From: the human T2T-CHM13v2.0 reference genome, Homo sapiens
Reading direction: 5' to 3' (one strand)
NCBI RefSeq assembly: GCF_009914755.1
Contig: NC_060930.1
DNA length: 64,000 nucleotides
A program made the position numbers and the translations under genes. The notes beneath the pieces are model-generated. The model made no database searches. It was given only the letters and a program-made list of their open reading frames with translations, and was not told the origin of the DNA. Shown here one piece after another: positions 31,015 to 44,117 of this stretch; positions within the stretch are counted from its first letter, which is position 1, and every line of letters starts with the position of its first letter.

Positions 31015-31116
31015 TTCATTGTTAATGTCTTAATATTTACATATAGCTTTTAGTAATTGACTTTCAAATAAATAAATTTTAAAAGTACATTTATATATAA
31101 TCTAAAGTTTGACTTA

Positions 31117-31427
<311 letters not shown>

Positions 31428-31829
31428 AAGTTTGACTTAAAAATATATATAAACATAAATGGATAATACTACATGGGAGAATGACAAATCCACAATTCAA
31501 AAATATCTGAACACACTTCTCTCGGTAGCTGACAGAAGCTTCACCTAATGGGTCTATATAGAACTTACATAGAAGTTTCTTTTCAAGCACTCATGTAATA
31601 TTTAGACTAAATGGGAAAAATAAGTCCATTATAGACTACAGAACTAACATAAGCTAGAAGAACGAGTAACAAAATGAAAAAGAATATGGGTGATACACGG
31701 AGGGCACTGGGGATGAGAGTGGGCATGGAGGATGACAGTAGGGAGGGACAAGCACATGGGGCTGGGCTGAGAAGAGTCTGATATGAGATCACAGGTTTCA
31801 AGTTGAGGAATAGCACAATCAGACTGTGT

Positions 31830-32150
31830 TAGCAAGATTATTTTAATGAGAATTTAGAGAAGGCAATGAGTGGTAGAATCTGAGATAAAGGAGACAAGTT
31901 GGAGACTATTACAGTAGTTCAGGCATGAGACAATGAGGTTCTGAACTAAGTATCAGCAAAGATGATTCTGTTTTAGCCAATGTCATGGAAGTAGAATTGT
32001 TAGTACACAGGTGACTTTTGAGTAGGGAAATAGCAGGATGGCTCCCAGTTTTCCGGGATAGATGAATGATAGTGCCATTAACCAAGATAGGATCTTTAGC
32101 CAAAGGGCAGGTTCAAGGGGATACATGTGACACTTGAGGTTTAAGAACAC
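31830..32150 (-). mobile_element. L2 fragment
   Basis: ggagacaagttggagactattacagtagttcaggcatgaga...gatagtgccattaaccaagatagg. Confidence 0.65.
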
Positions 32151-32699
32151 ATTTTCATTTAAAATTAGTTTTGTAATTTTAAAATGCTTGTGATAGTGCA
32201 ACAATGGAAAATATTTTACCTTCCTGTTGAATCTTTTTTTTTTCTCACATAACCAGGTAACATGGCATCTCTGGCTTACTGAGTATAAATATCACGTGAA
32301 AGACCTTTACCTGGAATTGGCAGACCTTCCCTCATTGCTATGTGACTTGATTTATATCTTCTGTGCTAGTGCATGTAATATGTCTTTTTGTTAAATAACT
32401 ATATATATATATAGTTTTACATATATATGTAGTTTTACATATATATATGTAAAACTTCCTGGATGTAGTAGATTTTTCAATCCATTCCTTAAAGTATAAT
32501 TTCTGAGAACGATCCCAATTTAGCTGTCCTCAAATATGCATGATCTGAATCAGTGAGTGTGTGTTACCTCTAGTGGGATCAGTGCAGTCTCACTAATATT
32601 TGATATACATCAAAATCTCTTGCTTCATATTTCACATTCTTTTCCTATTTTAAGAACTAATTTTTGAAAGTAAAAAAACTTGACAGTAATAATAGCGAT

Positions 32700-32915
32700 G
32701 ATGATCATGATCATGGTAAAGTAGAGAGCTTCTTATGGCTCAAGTTAAGCATTTTAAATGTAATCCTTAAAAACATCACCTTGCACATGTTATAAGCCCT
32801 ATTTGAGGAAATGGAGGGTCTGATAAGTTAAATGACATTTTCGAGGTTACATAGCAAGCAAAAGTTGAGGCTGTAATGTAATTCCAGATCTCTGATTCCA
32901 GTGTTTGCATTCCTA
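32700..32915 (-). mobile_element. MIR
   Basis: gaggaaatggagg...aagttaaatgac...ggttacatagc...ccagatctctgattcca. Confidence 0.65.
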
Positions 32916-32974
32916 ATAATTATTGTAAAATGCTATAGGAAATTTGACCTGGATTTGATCAATCAAAAATAGTT

Positions 32975-33145
32975 ATTTTCTAGAAGAGAAGAACTGTAAT
33001 GTTCTCAACACAAAGAAAAGATAAATGTTTGAGACGATGGATGTAACAATTACCTGATTTGATTATTACTACACATTGTATACAGATATCAAAATATCAC
33101 AGGCACCCCCCAAATATGTACAACTGTTAGATATTAGTTTAAAAA
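32975..33145 (+). mobile_element. L1MA (MA5-7-like) 3' end
   Basis: tagaagagaagaactgtaatgttctcaacacaaagaaaagataaatgtttgag...aaaatatcacaggcacccc. Confidence 0.8.
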
Positions 33146-33864
33146 TTTACACATTAAAAGTAGCTATTTATAAAGTAACTTCCTATTTTGAGATTATGTC
33201 TACTGCCTTGGGTTTCTTAGACAATACACGGCATATTTCTTATAAATCAGTCAATAATTGTGCAGCTCATGTACAGACATCAGTGGTGTCTGTTGTAGGA
33301 GATAAAAACAGTCAGCACAAATTTGTTTATTGTATTTATCCCAATTCATATTTACGATTTTTTTGTCTTTTCATCAATCTAACCACTGAAAAAGATTTAG
33401 CAATTATGGCTTTTTGCATTGCTTTGCTTTTTTTTCTTCAAGTGGTGAACTGTGGCATTATAGCGTGCTTGGGAAGTTTATCACTAGGAGATAAAACAAA
33501 TACTATGTTAATTCTTAGAACTGAAACAAATTGGTGACGACTGTTTTGAAGTGTGCAATTACATATTGTTCTACTAAAAAGTCAGCAATGGTGATATATT
33601 CTCTAAGGTGCTTGAAGAATTTGATGACGTATAATTACCACTAAAGGATAGGTTTTCCAATATTGACCTTGGCGGATGTCATAGCTGTGTTGGGTTCTGT
33701 GCCAAACATGGGTCAACTTCTGAGAATCCAATTGCACATTTTTAAATTTATAAAATTAAAAATCATCTGCAAATTGTCTTTAGCCCTTGCCATATTCTGG
33801 GAAAGGCTCCAAATTTCTATCAGATCATATGGTATAATTTTTGCCTAGTATTAATAATAGTAAC

Positions 33865-34085
33865 AATAATAATGGGAATATACAGTAGGTAACTATGTAC
33901 CATGTGCCAGGAATTGTGCTCGGTGCTTTACATGAACTACTTAATCCACAAAAAGCATATCATTCTGGATATAGTTATTAGTCCCACTTTACAAATGATA
34001 ACCATGAGCCTTGGAGAAGTTAAATAACTTGCTCAAGGTCACACACACAGTATGTACTAGAACTGGAATTTGATCACATATTCTG
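33865..34085 (-). mobile_element. MIR (MIRb-like)
   Basis: catgtgccaggaattgtgct...cccactttacaaatga...aagttaaataacttgctcaaggtcacac. Confidence 0.85.
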
Positions 34086-34297
34086 CTCAAGTATGCTCAG
34101 TAGTTCTGTAAATGAAATTTGCAAAGTTTCAGAGAGTAGTGGAGGCAAACAGAATGCCCATTTGTTTTTTGGCCTGACACCTAGGTCATCATTCATGACA
34201 GCTTGATGCACATTCACTGATTCCAAGTGTCAATTGAGAATGGCTGATGCAACAGCCCCATAGCACTCACATTTGTTGGAAAATTCCATGTTGATCT

Positions 34298-34523
34298 TTA
34301 TATATATACATATATATGTATATACACATATTACATATATACGTATATATGTATACACATATATGTATATATGTGTGTATATATGTATATGTGTATATCT
34401 ATGCATATATATGTATATATAATGTATATACATATATACACATATACATATATACACATATATATGCACACACACATATATATACACACACACATATATA
34501 TATACACACACACATATATATAT
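34298..34523. repeat. Long (TA/CA/TG) alternating purine-pyrimidine low-complexity array
   Basis: About 225 nt of tatatacacatatatgtg-type units. Confidence 0.9.
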
Positions 34524-36464
34524 AACAGTAGTTGCTTAAGCTTCCAATATTGGCCTCTTCGGTCATGGTACATTATTTTGAGTGTTGGGAGTCAGTATGC
34601 CTGAGGTGCAAAGATGATGATGTACTTCCTGTAGACATGAAGGCACTCAGAAATAAAGCAAGGCCATTGAACTGTCATTTGTTGTTCTTCCTACTCAGGC
34701 TTTTAAAAAAGAAACTAAGGTCAATTAACTGGGAAGCTTAACCTCTCTTAGCTTGTCTTTCTTTGCGTAGGCTTTTAGCCTTTTAAATAAATCATTTTTT
34801 TCTCTTCTCTCCCTCCCAACCCCCTATCCATTTTGAACACGTTCTTGGATTTCTCATGCTAGGCCTAAGGAGCAGACTGCTTATATTCAAGAATGATTTG
34901 GAGGGGATAAAGTGTGCAAGATTTTGAATTCTTGCCATAAGTCCCTGGCAGACAGCCAGGCAGCCTCAGAGGAATAAGGCTAATGAAGGGAGGGTAAAGA
35001 AGATCCGGGAGTGTGGCTGGTAATGCAGTATTCATTTAATTGGGAGCAGGTACCGGTGCAAACTTCTCCATTTTAATTGGAAAAAGGGAAGGGGATTGTT
35101 AAGGACGAAGGAAAAAAGAATGCATAAAGTTTCCAAGCCGAGGAGCCAAAGGCAGCCCTGTCTATGCCAGAGAAAGAACTCAATTTAGGGCAATTTGCTC
35201 TGCAAGCTGGGCTGCAGCCTCCCCTGGGAATAGGGATGAGGAAGAAAATGAAACCAAAAGAGAACTTGATAAAATCACCTAGCACAGACAATCTCGGTAG
35301 AATAGGTTTTACTGAGTTAAATCTGCCCCAATCAATATGATTCTTTTCATATAAGTTACAAATAAAAAGCCACAAGATTACAATAAAAATCGAGACTCGA
35401 GCGCTGCTGATGTTGCACCTGGGAGTCTTAAGAACTTGTTATGGAATATATGTTTTTGCAACTATAATGTTTGTTTTTCCTTTCACCCTGGTCATGTGAA
35501 TCAACTGTTTGCTTTCCTTCTCTATCCATTTAGTTTTATATATTGTTTTTAAAACCCAACAGAGGCAACTCTTTCTGCTTAATTTCTCTTACACTAGAGG
35601 TTGGGGATCGGTGGTTTCATTTTGTTTTCCAATGTGTTGAATCTAACGTAGTTCTGATTTCTCATACTAATAATAAATGAAGAGATTTCTTCTTATTGTA
35701 TATTTTTGTGATGTAAGGAATTATAAATGTTAATGTATGAGTAAAGGAATAAAAGGGAGGCAAGACTTCATGTAAGAAGGGAAAGAAATGCTTTTGAGGC
35801 ATATAAGAAACTATTAAAATAGAACATCTTATAGTTTATATGTAATAATTATTAATAATCTTTGACTGTGCTGGAGAAATATGAATTTTGAGCAGCCGAT
35901 GGTTTCAATGTGATAATTTTTTTTTATCCTTAGTGAATAAGGAGGCAAAAGACTGGAAAAAAAAATTTAGTCTTTCTTCCAGTGTGGTTGACTAATCAAC
36001 AAAGAACTTGGAGACAGATACTTTATTTTAGTACATAAAAGTACGTCTTAAAGATTAATATAAAGGACTTAGATCTCAAGTTTCCTGGCACTTTTGTTTT
36101 GTTATTAAATTTCTTTAAAATAATGCATAATGGAAAATAAAAGGATCATGGTGCCTTGTTGTGGTAGATCTCACTTTCAGTCTGGTTGGTTATACATTCA
36201 CTGTTTGTAAACCTAAAAGAAGAGTTGACTATGAACATTTTATCCTTTGATGATTATCACTGTGGGTTGGCGAAATTTTTGCTAATATGTGCTAGCAGAC
36301 TGTGGATTGATTATTTGACTTTATCTCAGTTACTAGGAAGTTCGGATTAGAACTGAAAAGAGACTTTTCTGGATAGAGAAAAAAGAGTAACATTTCAAAA
36401 TGTGATGAGATGTTACTCCAAATATTCCTTCTCATTTTTCTTGATACCATGCTAAATAAATGAG

Positions 36465-37090
36465 TCAATTTATCCATCAAAAATATTTATAGAGGACTTC
36501 TCCATGTTAAGCACTGTAGAAAATGCAAAGATGAGAATAACATAGAACTTGTCATCAAGAAACTTACTTTATAAATGGGAAGGCCAGACAAAATATAATA
36601 CAAAGGCCAAGTACAAAATTAGACAACAGAAAAAAAGATGTTCCCAAACAATATATAACTGATGAAGTATCAAACCATATATTTTTTTAAGTTTGCAATG
36701 CTAATATCTGAATATGGACAATTTGTGTCATATTTTTGGGAAGAGCAGTAGATCAAAGTAGTTTGTTGAAGGCTGGAAAGTGTTTATGGAACTGATGGTA
36801 CTTTACTTGCTTTGTATTTAGACGGGCAGGAGAGGATGCAGGAGACTGTACAAAGTTCAAGAAACGATATGCTTTAATCAAGGTAAGAAACTGGGAGAAG
36901 AGAGGAAGTGGCAAATATGTTTAGGTTATATGAGATTCTTATAGAGAATGAAAGGGAATTCATTGAGCCACATTTTAGAAGGTCGTGATCAGAATGTTTT
37001 GTTTATCCTATATCTAATGATTTTTGATGAAGAATTTACAAAAAGGATAAAATGCTCTTTTAGGGAGACTGACCCAGTGGCAGGACATGA
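36465..37090 (-). mobile_element. L2 (decayed)
   Basis: tccatcaaaaatatttatagaggac...catgttaagcactgt...tcaagaaacttac. Confidence 0.55.
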
Positions 37091-38514
37091 TATAAATTAA
37101 AGGGATGGGGGCCTAACATTTGTTCATAGTCTCATTTTTCCCCCCACATGACTAAATATTCATGTTCTCCTTTGTTTTTCTCCATGGATGGAGTCTCCAT
37201 CCATAAAACTGCTTCACAGAGTTTCACCTCCTGCCTATGCTGACAGGGGCCTTCCTCTCTTTCCTGGGTGTGGGTGGCAGTGTCCGTAAGGCTGCCAGCC
37301 CTGAGTGTCACAAGAGTGCAGGGTGTGAGGAAACAGCAGGGAGAAAGGCTCTTTCCCCAACTCGGAATCGCACTTGTGCCAAGAGTTACCCAAAGACTCT
37401 CATGAAAATATTTCAATATCTCAGGCTTTCTAAGAATCACAGGAAATCTCTCATAAGACAGTTCTGTTACTTTTTCACCTTTACCTCTGGAACCTTGAAT
37501 GCATCAGGCAGGGAATGATGCCATCGCCTTCATTATTCTTGTCTCCCCTAATTTGATGGCTTCTGGTCGCAACTAAACTTTTCTTGCTTAATTATAAAAC
37601 AACAGTTCACACAAATCAATGGGGCTGGTGTGTATTTAATATCAATGAGTGGAAGAAGGGGTCTTCTCTACAGCTCAGCCACCCACCCAAATGCTGTGTT
37701 TGATTCTGGTTCTGTAATCTGCTATTTACAGTTAAGCCTCTGGAAAAGTAGCAATTTAGGGGGTTTTCCTTCATCTCACTCCCACTGTTCCCTTCCCTTA
37801 ATACACCTTTTCCCACTGGAGCATATTTAAAAGAGATGCAAATGCTTAAAATATGTTTGAGGATAGGAGGGGTTTTTCAACTCCTGGCCCTTTTTGTAGG
37901 CTTATTGACTGTTAGCACCTTTTTGTTATTTATAAAGAGGAAGAAGACTGAGAATCTTTCTGCCATGATATTTCTCAAAGTGTGCCAAATAAATAGATTA
38001 CTACCTGCCTTATTCATCTATAAGATGACTCTGTTCTGGTAACTTTGGCATAGTTCTATAAAAAGGGAAACTACCTGTTTAGACTTGCTTGGAAGTTATC
38101 TAATAATTACCAATTCAAATGTAATGGGATTAAATATATTGCTTTGAAAATAAGAGGTAAAATCATTTTTAGGTGTATATTTTTGGAATGATAACACTGT
38201 TTTATAGTGTTTTAATTTCAGTAGCACCAGTGTAACAGCTGAATAGCTATTAGAGAAATGCATTAATTAAAAACTGTGGATCAATTATGGATGAGAATTT
38301 CTTATTAGTTTTTATATGGCCTTGTGCCTTTTCGAGGACTGTGATTTTGTACAAATTTTAATTGAAGATATATCTCTGCTTCTTCATAACTCATGAAATT
38401 CAATATATTCTCTCTTGCAGACAGCACCGATGACTATATTAATTTAGAAAGAACCAAGTTCAAGTGTCAAAAACAAGTTAAACCATTGATGTTATTAGAC
38501 AATACCAAGTTCAC

Positions 38515-38730
38515 CTAACATTTATGGAGCCCCTAGTCTAGCTAGACATTATGCTATTAAATGATATTGCTTACATAACTTATGATTCTTCAAAGGGAGG
38601 AATGACATAGGTATTCATATTCACATTTTACAGATGAGAAATGTGAAATCTGAACAAGTTAGACGGTGACTCCATGTCTAGTGAGTAACAGAGGTGGAAT
38701 TTGTAGCCAGAGTTCCTGATGCTAATGTGG
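38515..38730 (-). mobile_element. MIR
   Basis: aacatttatggagc...cattttacagatgagaaatg...agaggtggaatttg. Confidence 0.7.
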
Positions 38731-40685
38731 AAGTTAAGAAGTGATTTTGCTATTATTGAATTTATGACCTCAGTTTAACTCATCTACCTCAAAATCTGCA
38801 AAACTTTTCTGGAACTATTAAAAGAGTCAACATTCTTGTGAATTATTACACATATTTGGTGGATGAGGGCAAAATATGAGAAAATTACATTCTTCTTTCT
38901 GATAGGAATATTCCTTTAAGTAAATAAACAGCATACGCTTCCTTTTTAATTATTATTTTTAGGCGATAAAAGGCAATTAAATAACCCGACTATAATTTTA
39001 TTATTATGTTTTAGATAGCCTTAGCTTTGTGCTGCTTAAAATAATAACTTTGAAACTCTTAAAAATAAATACATTTTGTTCATTAATGCTAAATGACTTT
39101 TTTCATTTCCTAAGTTTTTACTTTGAAAGATTTCAAGCCTATGAATAAACTAAAAACATATATAATGAACACTCATATGTCTCATCTAAGTACACCAGAG
39201 GTTACCAATTTCCTACACTGGCAATCTCGCTCTCTCTCTGTGTCCTTCTCACATACAGAAATATATTTACTGAACCATTTAGAAATCAGTTGCAGACATC
39301 ATGATAATTCACCCCAAATACTTCAACATCTATTTCTTCAAGATGAGGACATTCTTCTTCATAACCTTAATGGTGTTGTTACACCCAAAATATAAACTAT
39401 TGATGTAAGAAAAATACCTGATATCAGCCCATATTAAAATTTTTCCATTATGAAATTCACATTTCTTATAGTTGTTTCACTTTTCAACTGATGATTCAAT
39501 CAAGGATTATTCAATACCCTTAGTTGTCTTGTCTTTAATATAGAATAGTCCCTCTCTTGTCTCATGAATTTGAAATTTTGAAAAGTCTAGGCCAGTGTTT
39601 TTTTTATTTTTTTCACAATGTCCCACTGATTATTTCTGGATTTTTAGAATCAGTTGAAATACTTTTTGTCAAGAATAATAAACAGATGATCTTGTGTCCT
39701 TCTCAGTGTATCACATTAATAATATTGACTTATACCATTATTGGTCATGCTTTATTGTTTATTTGATTAAACTGATATCTCTGAGATTCTTTCATTGTAA
39801 AAGGTAAACTTTTTTCTCAGTTGATAGATAACTGTGGTTAACGCTTTAAGACTGTATACAAATCTTGCTCTCAAAAAATTGATTTAATATTTTTTAACAT
39901 TCATGATAATCTTAGCATTAGTGCTTGCAAAATAAAAATTTTTTAATTTATATCTTTTGTTTTATATTTACTAATAGACTTTCTTCAAGGAAGAACTTTC
40001 TCTTCCCCATCTCTTTTATTTTTTAAAATATCATTATGGAGTTAGGAATTTTTAAAATATTTGATGTGTTATCATCCATTGCCATCATTATTTTTTTGAT
40101 TGCTCAAATTATCCCAAATATGTGAAGTAGAAGCCCCTTCAAGTTGACCTCGTGTCGTTTGATATAGCCTTATCAATCTTTGAGCATTTTCTTTGCTTTC
40201 TGTCTCAGCAATATGTTACAAACCTACCTTGCACTTTCCATGCCTAAGAGCTGGAATCAACCATTTCTCCAAAGAGCTCTGGTTCCTTATAGTGGGGAAT
40301 TGTATTTAGAAACCAAGATTCAGGTTCATCATGTGCTTATTCAGTCAGTCAATGCAGTATATGTATCTCTTATACTGAAAGCTGCATTGCAGAGTTCTTT
40401 CACACTATCTCTTATACTGAAAGCTGCATTGCAGAGTTCTTCCACACTTCCTATGTTGGAATCTTACTTTTTCCACAGTGAAGATCCTGACTGTCAACAC
40501 CAATATATTTATTCATTTAGTGTATTTTACAGCACCCACAAAATATTTTCAGAATTACTACACCGATACCACTACCAACAGCAAACTTGCTAAGTAAACT
40601 TAAAGTTTTTTAAAGTTCTTTTTGTCTTTAAAATGTATTCTACTAGGGGTTAATAATCACAGTACTGTGTTCAAAAATTTCTGAA

Positions 40686-40687
<2 letters not shown>

Positions 40688-40721
<34 letters not shown>
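40688..40721. repeat. (TG)n microsatellite
   Basis: About 16 perfect TG units. Confidence 0.95.
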
Positions 40722-40723
<2 letters not shown>

Positions 40724-42007
40724 GACACGTATGTTATAAATTTGCTATAGCTAAATTTGTTTCTGTTTCTGTTCAATTTTAGTGATTTTTTTTGGATTCT
40801 TGATTTAATTTCTAAATTTACATAAAGAAGTGATATGCTTACATATCAAATGCTATATATATATATATTATATATGGATGAATCAGAAAAGTTTGATTCT
40901 TTTTCCTTTCTCTTATACTTTTTTCCCACTTTTCATCTTTAGGTAACAATTTTCATTAGTTTCTGGTTTTTTTCTGAGTGTGTCTATTTTCACAAATATA
41001 TACACAAATGTATTAAGCAATACATACACAAATAAACATGCTTAATGTGTGTCTTCATTCTCCTCATTCTTACACAGTAGGTTATAATATATATTTTTAC
41101 ATTTAACAATATATCCTGGGAATCACTCCTTAGCAGTTTACTGGCAACTTCTTTAGTGTTTTGTATAGCTACAAAGTACCCATTTTTGGATATTCGGTAA
41201 TGTATAAAAATCTATTGCTTGCTACTGCAGGGAATTTAAGTTGTTTTCAATATTTTGCTATTATAATTAATGTTTCAATGAATACACTTAAACACTTATA
41301 CATACGTTTTGTAGTTGTAGAGATATATCCTCAGATTAAATTTTTAGAAGTGGAACTGCTGGATCAAAGGATAGGTTTTGTTTTGCTAACTTTTGCTAAA
41401 TTCCCCTCCACAGGATGGTATAATGTGATGTTCTGACCAACAACGTATGAGGATGTGTTTCTTCACAACCTCACTAGCAGGGTGTATGGTGAAGCTTTGG
41501 ATTTCTGTCAACTTGATAAGGAAGAAATGGTCAGTCAGTGGAGTTTTAATTTACGTTTTTATAAATTAAGTGACTGGAAGCATCTTACATGTATTTTAAG
41601 ACTGTTTGTATATGTTTTTTTTTCTGTGGAACATATGTTCATGTCTCTCTCATTTTTCAGATTTCTTTATATTTTTGGAATATTAACCTTTTATCTGCAA
41701 TATATGTTGCAAATATTTTCTCACATTTTGTCATTTTTGTTTTGATTTTGCTCATAGTGTTTTTTTCCTGCAAAAGGTTATTTTAAAATATTTTATGTAG
41801 TTTAATTTATCTTTTATTGTATCTGGATTTTGTGGTAGAAAGGCTTTCCCCATATCAAGGTTAAAAAGGAATTAATCTATGTCCTGTTCTAGTATATATA
41901 TGATTTCATTTTTTATATTTAGATATCTGATCTATTTTTAGTTTATTTTTGTATATTTGAGGTACAGATCTGATATCACATTTCCCCAAAAGGAGTGATT
42001 GGAAATG

Positions 42008-42020
42008 GTGTATATATATG

Positions 42021-42052
<32 letters not shown>

Positions 42053-42185
42053 CACGTACACATGTGTGTATATATATATACACATATGTACATACATATG
42101 TACACACGTGTGTATATATACACACACATATACACACATATACACATATATACACATATATACATATATGCACATATATATACAT

Positions 42186-42218
<33 letters not shown>

Positions 42219-42226
42219 ATATATAT
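42008..42226. repeat. Long (TA/CA/TG) low-complexity array
   Basis: About 220 nt of alternating purine-pyrimidine units. It is the source of six spurious ORFs. Confidence 0.9.
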
Positions 42227-44117
42227 AAAATTTACATACGTACTGGGCTTTCTCATTGATTCTGTTTATACTCCTGTAACACCGCGCCTTGATTATATCT
42301 TAGTATCTGTTTGGCTAGGCACTCTACTGCTGCTTTTGAGGATTATTCTAGTTTTTCTACCGTAATTATTTTCCTTAAAATTTTAAAATCAACTTATCTA
42401 GCTTCAAACATATTGTTCTTTGTATTTTTATGGAGTCATGTTGTTTCTAGATTAACATGGTGAGAATTGCCATCTTCGTGGTGTTGACTCAGACCATCTA
42501 AGAACAGATAGTTTTCCCTTTAAGTTCACTTTTCATTCGGAGTATTTTAAAGTTTTCTTTAAAAACCTTTTTAACATCACTTGTTAGGTTTACTTCTAAG
42601 TACTTCATTTTTTTTGGTGGCCATGAAAAATAGCATTTCTCTTACATTGTATCTTCTAATTAATAATTTGCATATATGGAGTACATTAATTTGTGTATAG
42701 TATTTCTCTTTCTACTGTTTTAAATTTTATTTTTGGTTTCAGTTTAGTCATTAAATCCTCGAGTTTTTTATGTATACTATCTTGTCATCTTCAAATAGGA
42801 TGCTTTATACTTCTTTTATGTTCTTATGTCTCTATTTCCTCATATCTAATTTCATTGATTAATATCTCAAATGCAGGATTATAATTGGAGACAGTGAACA
42901 TTTTGCCTTTTTCCTGCCCATAAAGGGAGTGTCTTTAGTGTTTCCTATTAAGTCAAATAGGTCAGATACTGGCTTTAGGATACACACAACACACACATAC
43001 ACACATCTATTTTATTTAAAATGGGTGCTGAAATGTGTTGAATCTTCTTTTAAGTTTTCAACGTTTATGGAATCAATCATGTGGTTTTTTTCTTATATTT
43101 ACTAATATGGTGAAGTACATTGATGCACTGATGGATTTCCAAATATTAAGTTGCCCTTGCATTCCTGGAATAAATACCATTTGACCATGATGTATTTTTT
43201 TTGTATAAACTATTGGACTCTGTTTGCTAATATTTTAATTACAATTTTGAAGAAATATTAATAAATGTTATTTTAATTTCTTAAAGCTATAATTACTAGG
43301 TTTAGGTATCAAGGTTTTGTGTACTCTCCCAAGAAACACAACAGAATTTGGAAGTTTTTATTTTTCCCCTTATGCTCTGGAATTATTTAATATCATTGGA
43401 CTTCTATTTTCATCCTTGGAGATTTCCAGAAATTGCCCTTTGAAAACATCTGGACTTGGTGATCTGTATGTGGGGTAATACTTTACTAATTTTCTCTATT
43501 TCTGCTGTGGAAATTGATTTGTTTACACTTTCAGTTCCTACTGAGATCAATTTGGTAAAAATATTTTTCTTTAGAATTAGTCATTTCATCTAGATTTTCA
43601 AGTTTATTTGTTGTGCAAAGTAAAAGGTAAAAGTCACATGATTTTGAAATTTACTCTTATTTTAATGTTTATTTTGTCCCCTGTAGTTTATTATTTCATG
43701 TAGTTTTGCTTTCTTTTAATGATTAGTCAATGATTTGTTTTGTTTTTTAATTAAAATACTAAATTTCTACTATTTTGTGTTTTCTAACTTTATTAATATC
43801 TGCTTTTATTTTATTTTGTTCCCTTTTGCTTAGGTTTACATTTTGTCCTTTTCTAGCTGTTTCAATTGGGAATTTAACTCGTATATTTTCTGCTTATTAG
43901 TGATTTAATGTAATGACATAAATCCTGATATGTAGAATCTGTAATTCCATTTTGGTCTTTTTCCTTTTGCTCAATAATTACTTATTAGAGAGTTTTAAAA
44001 TTCAACTTGCAATAACCTTAAAATATTGTTATAACTGTAAAATGTCATGATGTTGTGGCCATGTTTGTATTTTTCCTCTCGTAGAAATTATTAAGATTTT
44101 TGTAATAGTTTATTATA

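Noticed and set aside
32562-32576. CTCF-like CCACTAGAGGTAAC on the minus strand
   Set aside because: It mismatches the conserved GGC part of the core; not supportable without ChIP data.
33076-33537. Longest ORF in the track (153 aa)
   Set aside because: It has a non-ATG start inside an L1MA 3' end, no recognisable domain and AT-rich codons, so it is a chance frame.
38421-38518. Acceptor ctctcttgcAG followed by a roughly 30-codon open frame
   Set aside because: There is no convincing donor or polyA context, it runs into a MIR, and the peptide is unrecognised.
34230-42365. Clusters of Y/I/C/V/H/T-rich ORFs at 34.2-34.6 kb and 41.9-42.4 kb
   Set aside because: Stop-free translations of (TA/CA/TG)n arrays.
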